Position numbers and translations under genes: made by a program. DNA of 62,886 nt, filler included, from Pirum gemmata (taxonomy: Eukaryota), in NCBI GenBank assembly GCA_002812295.1. It is 12 parts of 12 records of this genome, joined end to end, with 100 filler letters (N's around TTAATTAATTAA, not from the genome) between each part and the next. Parts side by side here need not be neighbours in the genome. Positions count along the whole stretch, not along the records: positions 36,792 to 41,907 come from PDIN01000674.1; positions 42,008 to 47,136 come from PDIN01000675.1; positions 47,237 to 52,398 come from PDIN01000676.1; 9 more parts are not named here. One strand, given 5' to 3'. Shown here one piece after another: positions 36,692 to 49,042 of this stretch. A model generated the notes under the pieces. That model was not told the origin of the DNA and ran no database searches. It worked only from the letters and a program-made list of their open reading frames with translations. Position 1 is the stretch's first letter, and each line of letters starts with the position of its first letter.

Positions 36692-37148
36692 NNNNNNNNN
36701 NNNNNNNNNNNNNNNNNNNNNNNNNNNNNNNNNNNTTAATTAATTAANNNNNNNNNNNNNNNNNNNNNNNNNNNNNNNNNNNNNNNNNNNNTATAATACT
36801 GAATGATATATATCATTCAGTATTATGTATATTATATAGTTAAAAAATAAATTAGCTATATATATACTATATAGTAGCATAGAATACTTTAATACATATA
36901 TACATAGTTAGGGGTAGCGCATGTGATTCCAGTCCACAAGGTCAGGGTTACCATTAATAATAATATTTTTATCAGCAAATAATTGATAATACTAGTAGGT
37001 AAATATAATATTGTAGTTTTTATTGATTGATTGTTTTATAAATAATTTAATATTTTAATTTTTAGTAATTTGTAGCTGTGATATTATAATTAATACGAAA
37101 GCACTTTACAAAAGCAACTTTGCAAAAATCAAATTATGATTTAGTTTT

Positions 37149-38051
37149 TTAATTGTGTTTTGATACAGAAGTTAGCATAGTTCGCATTTGTGCAGAAGAT
37201 AACTCGTCAAAACCACCAACGTTGCATTCATGTAAGCTATTCATCCACTTTCTAATACGACACGAAGAACCATCGGTAGTTGGGTGAAAATTATTAGACA
37301 TGGTTGCCAAGGCATTGGTAAATGTTTCTCGTAAATAAGTTGGTTGGCATTGTTGAAAGAAAGAATACAATGAAACACTAAAATCTTCAGGACTAGTAGT
37401 TTTTACTTGTTTATCGTAATCATCGTATAGAGCGTCAAACAAACCTAATAAAACCAAGGTTTTAGTTCCATTAGGAAGTTGACCATTAGTGCTATTTACG
37501 ACTTCAACTTTGATGTTTTTAATTTGTTCTTCAACATTTTCGTTATTATTGTTATGTCTTGTAGCGTTCATTTGCGTTTTCGATTCTTCCATTTTTTGTC
37601 CATTTTCATCCAAGCCATTTTGTTTTATAATTTCTTTCAAATGTGCTATCTCTTGCTCCATAGAGTTTCTCTCTTTCAACAAATAACGTATGTATTCTAC
37701 TCCTCGACGTAAAATACTTTCTTTACTGTTCTTAGCATTAGGAAAATTTCTACAAACTGGCAAGTTCGCCTTTAATTCTTCAAAAGCATCCTTCAAATTA
37801 TTTCGTCTTTTTTTCTCAGATGCCAAATGTGCTCGTTTTCTTCTTAAGCTATCCGATTCCTCAGAAGTTAGCTCATGTTCTTGCTGCATCATATTGTGTG
37901 TCATCATTTGTTGATGATGTTGCAAATGGTTTAAGCCTATTTCACTGTGGGCCCGTGACATTGGTCTAGACATAGGAGGAGTATTCATACCGCTTTGGTT
38001 GTTTTGTAAACCAATTTGTTGTTGCAAAAGGTGTTGTTGTAATTGCATTCT

Positions 38052-38118
<67 letters not shown>

Positions 38119-38186
38119 AAAAAAGAACTAATATCTGTCATACTGTTTGGTTCATTTTTAATTTGTACTTTACTAATGGGATCATT

Positions 38187-38238
<52 letters not shown>

Positions 38239-38600
38239 GTATTGACGTTGTTAAAATTAGAATCAGTTAAATCTGGTAATGAAGTTGGAGAACAGGAATT
38301 CAAAGAATTTTGAGGAGAAGGAGGATAAGGACTATCAGCTTGTCCACTAGAAATATTGCCACTTACAAAATATTCAGGAAGATTACCATTACTTAACAAA
38401 ACGTTTTCCTTATTGTCATCATTATCAGAGTAATGTTCAGATTCGTTTTGTTCAGCAATGCTTTCATTACTTAGATTACTACTATTATTAAAGAAATCGT
38501 TACTATTACCACCACTACTATTAATTAACGAAAAAAACATATTAGATGGGTCATTCCAATTATTAGGAATAAAATTATTTACACCAATATAAGCAGTCAT
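37149..38600 (-). CDS. MLX: Mlx/Mondo-family bHLH-ZIP transcription factor
   Basis: bHLH RRKRAHLASEKKRRNNLKDAFEEL...SKESILRRGVEYIRYL plus zipper. The C-terminal FDALYDDY..VKTTS..FSVSLYSFFQQCQPTYLRE resembles the Mlx/Mondo DCD. Poly-N/Q N-terminus; intronless. Confidence 0.78.
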
Positions 38601-38738
38601 TTTTAGTAAATTAAATTTTAAAATAGTATAATAAATATATCAAATATTATATGAGTGATAAAAAAATAAAAGTACTTATCTTTTCAATTTATATTAAATT
38701 ATGTTTTATTACTTTTATGATTATTATTTACTTTCTTC

Positions 38739-38802
<64 letters not shown>

Positions 38803-38898
38803 AAAAGAATTTATCAGAACAAACTTACAAAAGTCTCTTACAAAACTCTTACAAATTTAAAACTTCAAGTTTCATATCATAACTACTACAGTATGGGT

Positions 38899-39060
38899 GG
38901 GGGTGTTCAAATACAACATAACAACGCCAATTTCCGGTCAAATACAGCTTCAAGTAGCTCTTCAAATACCCCTACCTACCTACCCCCCGACGTTAATTTC
39001 CGGTCAAAGACCACCTACCTACCTCCTACCCTTGACGTGACGTTTTATTTGAACGCTCCC
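38899..39060 (-). mobile_element. MITE family B copy
   Basis: ggggtgttcaaa...tttgaacgctccc; the interior matches 8737-8888 in reverse. Confidence 0.85.
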
Positions 39061-39097
39061 TATCGATATTCAATTATTCATACCTGTGGGAGTCCTG

Positions 39098-39247
39098 TGG
39101 GTTAGGGTTAGGGTTAGGGTTAGGGTTAGGGTTAGGGTTAGGGTTAGGGTTAGGGTTAGGGTTAAGGTTAAGGTTAGGGTTAGTGTTAGGGTTAGTGTTA
39201 GGATTAGGGTTAGGGTTAAGGTTAGGGTTAAGGTTAGGGTTAGGGTT
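39098..39247 (+). repeat. Interstitial (TTAGGG)n array
   Basis: About 25 units with variants. An opposite-orientation (CCCTAA)n array lies at 40251-40360. Confidence 0.9.
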
Positions 39248-39608
39248 ATTATCCTACTAGTATTGATAACTAGTAAGTAAACTACTATCATTGATACTAG
39301 TCACTAGCTATAAAGATATGATATATGATATTATAAAAAGGATATCATAGTTAGCTAGACTACCAGTAGTAGCAAACGATGATCTGTGTAGGAGGAGGTC
39401 GACTATGACTACTAACTATGAGTCTATGACTAGCTAGCTAGTAGTAGCTCTAGCTAGGCTATGATATCTGATAGCTAGTAGTCTATCATAGCTAGTTATT
39501 AGCTAGCTAGACTAGCTAGACTAGCTAGTCTAGCTAGGGCTACTGGTGAAGAAGACTATTGGATACTACTGGTCCTTACTGGAGACTAAAACGACAAAAA
39601 TATTTTTG

Positions 39609-39670
<62 letters not shown>

Positions 39671-40620
39671 TACCAAACTGGATAAAAATGGCGACGTTCG
39701 CCATATGAGCTCAAAATCAAAAAAATCTCAAAATAATTTAACTTTAATTAAAGTACTACCAAATTTTTTATAAATAGTCTAACTAAGAAAACTCTATTAT
39801 AAACCAATTGCTCTTTTTTAAAATTAATTTGGCTAGTTACTATTAAAGGTTTTTAGAAAAGAAGTCTAAAAAAAATGATTTCTACAGTTTTATCCGGTCT
39901 TGTTAAAAAAAAAAAAATACTTTTTACAAAGTATTAAAAAAATACAAACAGCTTTTTTAGTTTTATTTCATTTTATTTCCTAGGTTTTATTTCTCACTCC
40001 AGGTGGTCTTTGACGGGAAGTAGGGGTATTTGAAGCTGTATTTGACCGAAAATTACGTAGTATTTGAAAGCCCTTTTAAAGAGCTAGCTACTACTAGTAC
40101 TAGCTAGCTAGCTACTACTAGTAATAAAGTAGTGTAGAGTCTGTAGACAGATCTTTCTTCAAAAAAAAGTAGTAAGACTCAACAAACACTTCCCAGAACG
40201 TTTTTTTTTTTGTGGCTCTAGTCTATACAGGATTACCACAGGGCCACCACCCCTAACCTTAACCCTAACCCTAACCCTAACCCTAACCCTAACCCTAACC
40301 CTAACCCTAGCCCTAACCCTAACCCTAACCCTAACACTCCCTAACCCTAACCCTAACCCCTACCCCTACACCCTGCAGGTAGCTGCAAGTAGACCCTACT
40401 ACTAGCTAGCAAGTAGGCGGTCTACTCTAGCTAGTATCGATATGATAGACTAGCTATGATATGATATCATAGCTACTGATCATAGCTAGTATAGCCATTT
40501 TTAGAGGATCTGGAGTTAATATTTTTAAAAACCTCTTGCTAGCTACTAGTAGTGTTAGCTACTAGTCTAGCAGCTAGCAAGAGTCTATGATAATTTATTT
40601 ATCATAATATTATAGATATT

Positions 40621-41493
40621 GTGCTTTTCAGTTATTTTGTCGTCATAAAATATGCAATAAATAGTACCAAATTATTACAATATAAATCTATTTCATTTAA
40701 TTTGATATATTTTATTATATATTTATTTATTTAAAAGTTTCAATTTAAATATTATAAACAACCAAATAAATATTCGGAGTGACAAAATAAATGAAATGCA
40801 CTATATTAATTAAAGAGCCTATAATAATATTATAAGAGCCGCCCAAGCCTAGCTTATTTTATTATCTTTATTCTCTATCAAATTATTAGTGTCATCAATA
40901 CTTTGTTGTTGAATGTAGTTGTTGTTGTATGCATATTCTGGACTATATTAAGAGCAATATAAACTATAACAAAAATATAGAAAATATAGTAATGATATCG
41001 ATAATTGTTGGTAATAAAAATAATTAACAACGAACTATTAAATCTAGACTATATTAAATTGTGTTGTTCTTGCTGCATTAAGAACACCATCATTATTCAC
41101 TTATTAATTATTATTGTGCTTTTCATTTATTTTGTCACTCCAAATATTTATTTGGTTGGTTATAATATTTAAATTGACTTTTTGAAATGAATAAATAGAT
41201 AATGAAATATATCAAATTAAATGAAATGGATTTATATTGTATTAATATGATACTCTTTATTGTATATTTTATAATGACAAAACAACTGAAAATCACGATA
41301 TTTTATCACGTTTTTGGAAAATCGGGGTTACTGTTATTAGGTAGGGGGTTGTTACCGTTTGTAAACATTATAGTGCTTTTCAGTTATTTTGTCGTCATAA
41401 AATATACAATAAATAGCACCAAATTAATACAATATAAATCCATTTAATTTAATTAGGTATATTTTATTATCTATGTATTGATTTAAAAATGAT
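40621..41493. mobile_element. Cluster of three MITE family A copies (40621-40801 +, 41116-41296 -, 41373-41493 + partial)
   Basis: Direct sequence matches with the TIRs. Confidence 0.85.
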
Positions 41494-41802
41494 ATTATTT
41501 AGAGCCTATAAATAAAAAGTCAATAATTATTGATATACGTATTTTATAATATATGGCGCTATTAAAGAGGAAGTGAAAACTGTGAAAGTTGAAACTACTC
41601 TGGAATTTCTCTGTTGAGACAGTCTCTCAACTACCAGTTGACTCTCTCAACAGTCTCTCAACTCAGCATTTCCCACATTTCCCACATTTTTCCTTTTTTT
41701 TTTCTCGCTTTTTCTTTCTTTCTATGATATCATTTTTTAGGGTACTAGCTAGCTAGCTAGCTAGCTAGCAAGGACTTCATTGGTACTAGTTAAACTATAA
41801 CA

Positions 41803-41907
41803 GGGAGCGTTTCAAATACTTAACGCCAATTTCCGGTCAAATACAGCTTCAAATACCCCTACCTACCTACCCCCCGACGTTAATTTCCGGTCAAATACCA
41901 CCTACCT
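41803..41907 (-). mobile_element. MITE family B copy cut by contig end
   Basis: Begins gggagcgtttcaaa and matches the interior of 38899-39060. Confidence 0.8.
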
Positions 41908-42138
41908 NNNNNNNNNNNNNNNNNNNNNNNNNNNNNNNNNNNNNNNNNNNNTTAATTAATTAANNNNNNNNNNNNNNNNNNNNNNNNNNNNNNNNNNNNN
42001 NNNNNNNAATCAAAAAAAAAAAAAAAAATGCATATATAAATAGTGTGATTTCAACTGATGATTTATTTTACAACAAAAAAACAATATCATATCCCCACGG
42101 CAATAGTTAATTTCACATTAAAAGTATACATAGTAAGG

Positions 42139-42714
42139 ATGAAAATCCCCCAAACAATCCTCTCCACTTTACTGTGTGCCCAAACTATCAGTGCGGCTTT
42201 CCCTTCAAAAGAAGAAATTGATGCTTTCAAAGCTACGTTGGATCCAAAAATCGAGCGATCTCTTCGTAATTACCACAACGAGACAGTATGTGCATATAAT
42301 TATCTGTAATATATAATATTATGATTGCATTACTGATTTCTATATATTATAATTGTAGTATAATTATTATATTTAATTATAGAGACTGCTATTGTTATCT
42401 TATTATATTGTTATATTGTTATATTAATTATTGTTATAATGTTATAATTGTTACATTGTTACATTGTTATATTGTTATATTGTTATATTGTTATATTGTT
42501 ATATTGTTATATTGTCATACTTTGTTTTAATATTGTTATTATTATGTTGTTATACTTTTGTTATATTGCTATATTGTTATATTGTTGTACTTTGTTATAT
42601 TGTTATATTGTTATACTTTGTTATATTTTTATATTGTTATACTTTGTTATATTTTTATACTTCGTTATATTATTGTTATTGTTATATTATTGTAACAACA
42701 ACAACAACAACAAC

Positions 42715-42746
<32 letters not shown>

Positions 42747-44588
42747 AGAATCTGATCCCTCGTAGCGCAGCTATTCCAATCGGTTCTCCTGATGAGCAAC
42801 CTAACTATGGTTTAGTTGACAATATTGAGCCACTGTACGTTAATTATGATATTAACAATGCAACAAAAGCTTGCTTTTACCCAGGCCAACCAAGCAATGT
42901 TTCCACTTTTTGCCTAGCGTCTCTTCGAAACATTCAAAATATTAACAACGACCTTCCCAACGAACCGTACATCACCGTAAGTTTTTAATTTTATTAAGCT
43001 CTTAAAAATTAATTTTTTATGTTCTTTTCAATTAATTCGTTATAAAAAAAAAGCTCAAATTTTAAAATATTTTACTCATTATATAATAACACTTAATAAC
43101 ATTATTCGAATAAAATAATAATAGGTTTACGCTACGAAGGCTTCACATGTAGTATCTGCAGTTAAATTCGCCAAAGCCCATAATCTTTGCATTAGTGTAG
43201 CTGGGACATCCCATGATTTTTTAAATCGTCATACCTGTGTAAATGGTTTATTCGTTCGAACCAACTTAATGAAAGACATTGTCTGGGATCTAACCAATAG
43301 TTATGGTCATCAAGATGGCAGTGTTAAGCTTGGTCCTGGTTTAACTTTTGAACAAATTTTCGAATCTGCTGCAAAGCAAGACCGTCTTGTAGTTTCAGGC
43401 CATGCGCCAACCGTTGGGATCGTGGGTTGGGCTACTGGAGGAGGGCATGGATTTTTAGCCCCAAAATATGGAATTGGTGCTGATAATATTTTAGAAGTTG
43501 AAATGGTTAATCCACAAGGAGAACTTATTACAGTTAATGCAAATCAAAATAAAGACTTGTTTTGGGCGATCAGAGGTGCGGGCGGTTCTACCTTTGGTAT
43601 TATTACTTCTATTAGAATTAAAGCGCACCAACTGAAAATAAAGGAATTGATTCATTTTAAACGATTAACAATTAGTGGTTATGGCTGTGGGGAAGGGAGC
43701 AAAGTTTATAGAGAATTAGTGGACAGTTATCAAAAGCTTATGCTTGGCGCTAACCAAAATTTAGGTGGTTTATATTTAACTAATAATGTTGTTGTACCGG
43801 AAAAATTACCACCAAGTTCTCCTAAAAATGTTAATAATTGTTCATCTTATTGGAGTATAGTTTCAGAAAACACATATATTGCTGAGAAGATGGAAGACAT
43901 GGATATTGTTTTCAAAAATATTTCGAACGTTATTCAAAAATACAGTGCTAGTGGTGAAATTGTAGTTTTAGTTAATGATAAAGCAAGTGTTAGGCAGTAT
44001 TATGACTTACTACATACTTTTGGAACAGAGTATATTACCCCAGCAGGCAATCCAAAAGCTTTCCCACAATCTGGTTTGGTAAGCAGAGAACTTGTTCAAA
44101 AAGATTACGTCCTTAACAGATTGACTGAACGTCAAAAAAAATGTGAAAATGAAGGGCATTGCTTTACTGACCAATTTTACCAATGTATCACTGGAAACAA
44201 CGGATCACCTCAACAAAAGGGTATGGCTATTAGTAACGGTTTGCGAACAGCTTTACTTCATTATATTGATGGTAGCCCAAATAGTAATGTTGCCGATGAA
44301 ATGCGTAATTCTTATTTTGGAGAAAGCAATCCATTTATTATGAAAAATTTTACTGATCGTTATTGGGGTGACAATTACAATCGTTTATTGAAAATTAAAA
44401 ATGATTACGACCCTGCTCATTTTTTTGGTTGTAACTATTGTATAGGCTACGGTGAGAAGAAGGATATTAATACTGGTTCTGATTCTAGTGAGAAGAAGGA
44501 TACAGCTGGTTCTGATTCTGGTACTAATGGTAACATTGCAGGAATTTTTGCTACTGTTTCAGCTGTAGTTTTGTTAATTTTTTTGTAA
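42139..44588 (+). CDS. Secreted FAD-linked oxidoreductase (VAO/BBE-like fold) with GPI-like C-terminus, 3 exons
   Basis: Exons 42139-42285, 42749-42976 and 43125-44588 (phase 0, GT-AG). Signal peptide, GTSHDFLNRH (FAD-His loop), TVGIVGWATGGGHG, DLFWAIRGAGGSTFGIIT, BBE motif YWGDNYNRLLKIKNDYDP, hydrophobic tail. Confidence 0.9.
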
Positions 44589-45088
44589 TTAAATTTTATT
44601 AAAATTAATTAATTGAAGTATCATTTTTTCTATTTTTTTTAATTATCATTAATATTAAAATCTGTGATAGTCCCCAACCTAATCCTAGTGAGCACCTTAG
44701 CAAAGTTTTATTAAAATAAATAAAAAATTAATAATTTAGTACATAACATTTCGGTACAATTTATCTCAAATAAGTTGTACGTATTTACATACTGGGCCAC
44801 TACATACTGGGATACAAAGACCCATAAGCCCCAAAGGTGCCCTAAAAATATATTATTATAATATAATAAAATTAATTGTGCATTTAAAATACAGTCGTTT
44901 GTTCTGAAATGTCATCACCTAATCTTACCTCTATGTCTCTTTGTCCAAAACACTTTTGGTCATAATTTTAATTAAAGTTCATTTTAATAATTAATTACTG
45001 CCTAAAACAGTTTAAGTCACACTTTCGAACAATGACTTCTATCAAAGAATAAGTGACGTACGTCTTTTATGAATGATCCACTATCATA

Positions 45089-45949
45089 CCAGATGTGGGT
45101 CTTTCCGAACTTTTCATATAATATTATATTAATTAATGTTATCGTAAAAATTTCATCACAGTTGTTCTCTCAATCTTTAATTTGGTACTGTTTAGGTATA
45201 TAATTGCACATGTTTATAAAATAAAACATTAAGTATAAAATACCAAATTAATCAAAGCATGTCTGATAGTTCAATCATAATAATAATTTGGTACGTTTAG
45301 GTCAGTTTTTGAACTGGACAACACTATCGAAATACGCGATATAATATAGAGGGGGTTAAAATTAAGAAAAGTATTGTTACTTTTTTTAAAAATGCTGCTC
45401 TTGAAAATGAAAAAAGATGTGATACTTTTCAAAGTTTATTTGAACATGCAGCAGCTGAGTTTCGAATTCAGTTTCAATACCCAGAGTATTGTTTATTTAA
45501 CGATGATGCTTTGGTTAGTGCCACATCAGAGGGTAATGAGAAAATATAGACTTATGTTAACGTTATTATTAATATCAATATATCATTCTTGGTTCTTTAC
45601 ATCGTTATTCCGGTTATTATTTACTGATCATTCATGATTATGACCATTTAGTACAATTTATATTATATATGGAATTAATGTGGACGATATTTTTGATTTT
45701 GAAGTTGAATTTATAAGATTCCAAAATGATAAATACAATTTAGCTTTAAAAATGTATTAATGTTTTTAATATAAACACATAAATTAATTAACAAATGAAA
45801 TAAAAAAAATGCCGAGATATCGTACACATAGAGGCTATGTTATGTCATACATATAAAATTTAAAATATTAATTGCTACTACTTGCTTCTGGACACTAATA
45901 TTATATTTTTCTAGTAATATTTTTATAATTCCGAAAGACCCAAATCTGG
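45089..45949. mobile_element. ~860-bp TIR-bounded element with nested family C repeat (45139-45327)
   Basis: ccagatgtgggtctttccgaa at the left end pairs with ttccgaaagacccaaatctgg at the right end (2 mismatches). Confidence 0.55.
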
Positions 45950-46165
45950 TTCTATTAGCTATAGAGTATAGACTACTTCTACATAATATTATATACAATT
46001 TTATTATCATTATTATTGTTTATTATTATTATTATTATTATTAATATTAATATTATTTGTTTGCTTTACAAAAAGTTGTTTAGCATTAATTTTTTGAAGT
46101 TTATTAATATTAGTTTCTATATATAAAAGTACTCTGTATTAATTAAAATATAATATAAAAGTATC

Positions 46166-46345
46166 GTGATTTTCATTTATTTTGTCACTCTGAATATTTA
46201 TTTGGAGGGTTATAATCTTTAAATTGTCATTTTTAAATCAATAAATAGATAATAAAACTTACCAAATTAAATTAAATGGGTTTATATTTTATTAATTTGG
46301 TAGTATTTATTGTATACTTTATGATGACAAAACAATGAAAAGTAC
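46166..46345 (-). mobile_element. MITE family A copy
   Basis: Full-length reverse-complement match. Confidence 0.85.
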
Positions 46346-47005
46346 TAGTCTAGTCATATATAAATAAAGTCTGTAAATAAAGTAGACCCGGGACTCTCTT
46401 AGCCGGGTCTCTCTGGGTCTCTACCTGGTACTGGTATGATCTGCTGGTATCAATAGGTCTATGAGAGGATATCGGGTGATTGTGATTATGATAGTTAGAC
46501 TTGATAGTTAGACTACATAAAGCAAGAAAAAGCTACATAGTCTCTAAAGCTAATAGGTCTAAAAAGCTACATAAAGTGTCTATATAAAGTGTATGATATT
46601 TTGAATTTATTTGGGTATTTTTTGTACAAAACAACCTACCGAATTATTTTAAAACTTTCCTATTTATTTATTTTACACCCGATAAGAAATAGCAAAAAAA
46701 ACAAACAAACAAAAAAAAAAAGCTTATTATGAAGATGAATTTATTATGATATTTTATTATATAGTATCGCTACTAGCTAGTAGAGTGCTTGTAGTAGCTA
46801 GATTCTACTATGTGCAAACAACGTAAAAAACGTGCTACTTTTGGGTTTCAATAGGATTTTCAGTTTTCAAACATTAAATAATTCATTAGATATTTAATAG
46901 ATTTGAAATTTTCAAAAAAGATTTATTTTTTTTAATTAGTAAAAAATAAGCTGGACGTTTTTAGATTGTTTGCAATCATGAATTCATGATACTAGCTTTT
47001 TTGAT

Positions 47006-47053
<48 letters not shown>

Positions 47054-47236
47054 ATAACCCTAACCAAGGTAACCCTAACCCAGTACCTAACCCTAACCCC
47101 TGCGACCCTAACCCTAACCCTAACCCTAACCCTAACNNNNNNNNNNNNNNNNNNNNNNNNNNNNNNNNNNNNNNNNNNNNTTAATTAATTAANNNNNNNN
47201 NNNNNNNNNNNNNNNNNNNNNNNNNNNNNNNNNNNN

Positions 47237-47575
47237 GTTTGTTTGTTTGTTTGTTTAATTTTTGTTTGTTTGTTTGTTTGTTTGTTTGTTTGTTTGTTTA
47301 TTTGTTTATTTGTTTGTTTAAAGTTTGTTTGTTTCAAGTTTGTTTGTTTAAAAAGTTTGTTGGTTTAAAAAAAGTTTGTTGGTTTAAAGTTTGTTGGTTT
47401 AAAAAAGGTTTGTTTGCTCTTTGTTTGTTTTATTTGTTTTATTAAATTTTTGTTTGTTTGTTTGACTGCAATTATAACTTGTTTGACTGTAACTTGTTTG
47501 ACTGTAACAAAAAAAGCGTAATAAAGCATAATAATATAATGTCAAACATTAAAAATAGAATAAAAAAAAAATAAG

Positions 47576-47639
<64 letters not shown>

Positions 47640-47640
47640 A
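47237..47640. repeat. (GTTT)n-rich direct repeat block, also at ~48560-48870 and ~50475-50730
   Basis: All three share gactgtaacaaaaaaagcgtaataaagcataata..ataatgtcaaacatt. Confidence 0.85.
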
Positions 47641-48806
47641 TTTTTAACAAGACAAGAGTAAGACAAAGCACAAAAAAAAAAGTTTTATTTGTCACATTTT
47701 TGCGGATTTTTTCATTAAAAATTGGATAATATTTTTTGCTCAATAAATTTATGTTCAATTGGTAATAAAAAAGTCAAAGGTTCTTTACAAGAGCTTCACT
47801 GTGAATTAAAAAGTTTTGAAAACGGTCAAGTATTGCAAAAGCTAGTACAACTTTGGTGTCCGCAGGAACACAGATGGCATGTAGGCAAATTTATCATATC
47901 GTCTATTTCATTACAGTTGTTCTCTCTATCTTTAATTTGGTATTAATACCGTTGGTGCACCGTTTAATTTTATAATTGAACTTTTTTATACATTTAAATA
48001 TTGAGTTACTAATTATAACTGCTAACAACAACGTTTCAATAAATTGAATTTCGAACTCAGCCCTATAATTAATATGATATTGAGACCCATATTATCCCAC
48101 AAAAAACTTCCACAATTTTCAACACCACCTCTAGCAACTACTGTACATAAAATAATAATAATAATAATAATAATAATAATTAGTAGAGGAGTCCCACACT
48201 CCCGAAGATAAAGTAATAAAAATTATATTGTGTTTGGTTACGTTTATTTGTTAAGGTTTACAGTGAATGATTGTGATTAAATGTATGTTTGTTATTGTTT
48301 TTTTTAAAATATTTGATTAATTAATTGTTTGTTTTATTTTTGTCCGAGCCCAGACTCTCTGGCTACTAGACTAGCTAGACACTCCCGAAGATAAGTTAAT
48401 AATAATTATGTTTGGTAACGTTTGTTTGGTAACGTTTCCAGTGTATGATTGTGATTAAATGTATGTTTGTTATTGTTTTTTGAATATTTGATTGGTTGTT
48501 TGTGATTAAATGTATGTTTGTTATTGTTTTTTGAATATTTGATTGATTGTTTGTTTTATTTTTGTTTGTTTGTTTGTTTGTTTGTTTGTTTGTTTAATTT
48601 TTGTTTGTTTGTTTGTTTGTTTGTTTGTTTGTTTGTTTATTTGTTTATTTGTTTGTTTAAAGTTTGTTTGTTTCAAGTTTGTTTGTTTAAAAAGTTTGTT
48701 GGTTTAAAAAAAGTTTGTTGNAACTTGTTTGACTGTAACAAAAAAAGCGTAATAAAGCATAATAATATAATGTCAAACATTAAAAATAGAATAAAAAAAA
48801 AATAAG

Positions 48807-48878
<72 letters not shown>

Positions 48879-49042
48879 AGAAAAAAAAAATAAAAAAAAA
48901 GTATAAAAAGACTGTACTCAAACACAAACTAAAAAATATATACATAGAAAAAATTCTAGAACAAAAACACAAAACAAAATAATTTAAACAAAACAACAAT
49001 AAAAAACAAACCAAATTTCAAAAACAAACAAACAAACAAAAA

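Noticed and set aside
47055..47136. True chromosome end
   Set aside because: CCCTAA at the right end of a contig is the wrong orientation for a telomere there. Similar arrays are clearly interstitial.
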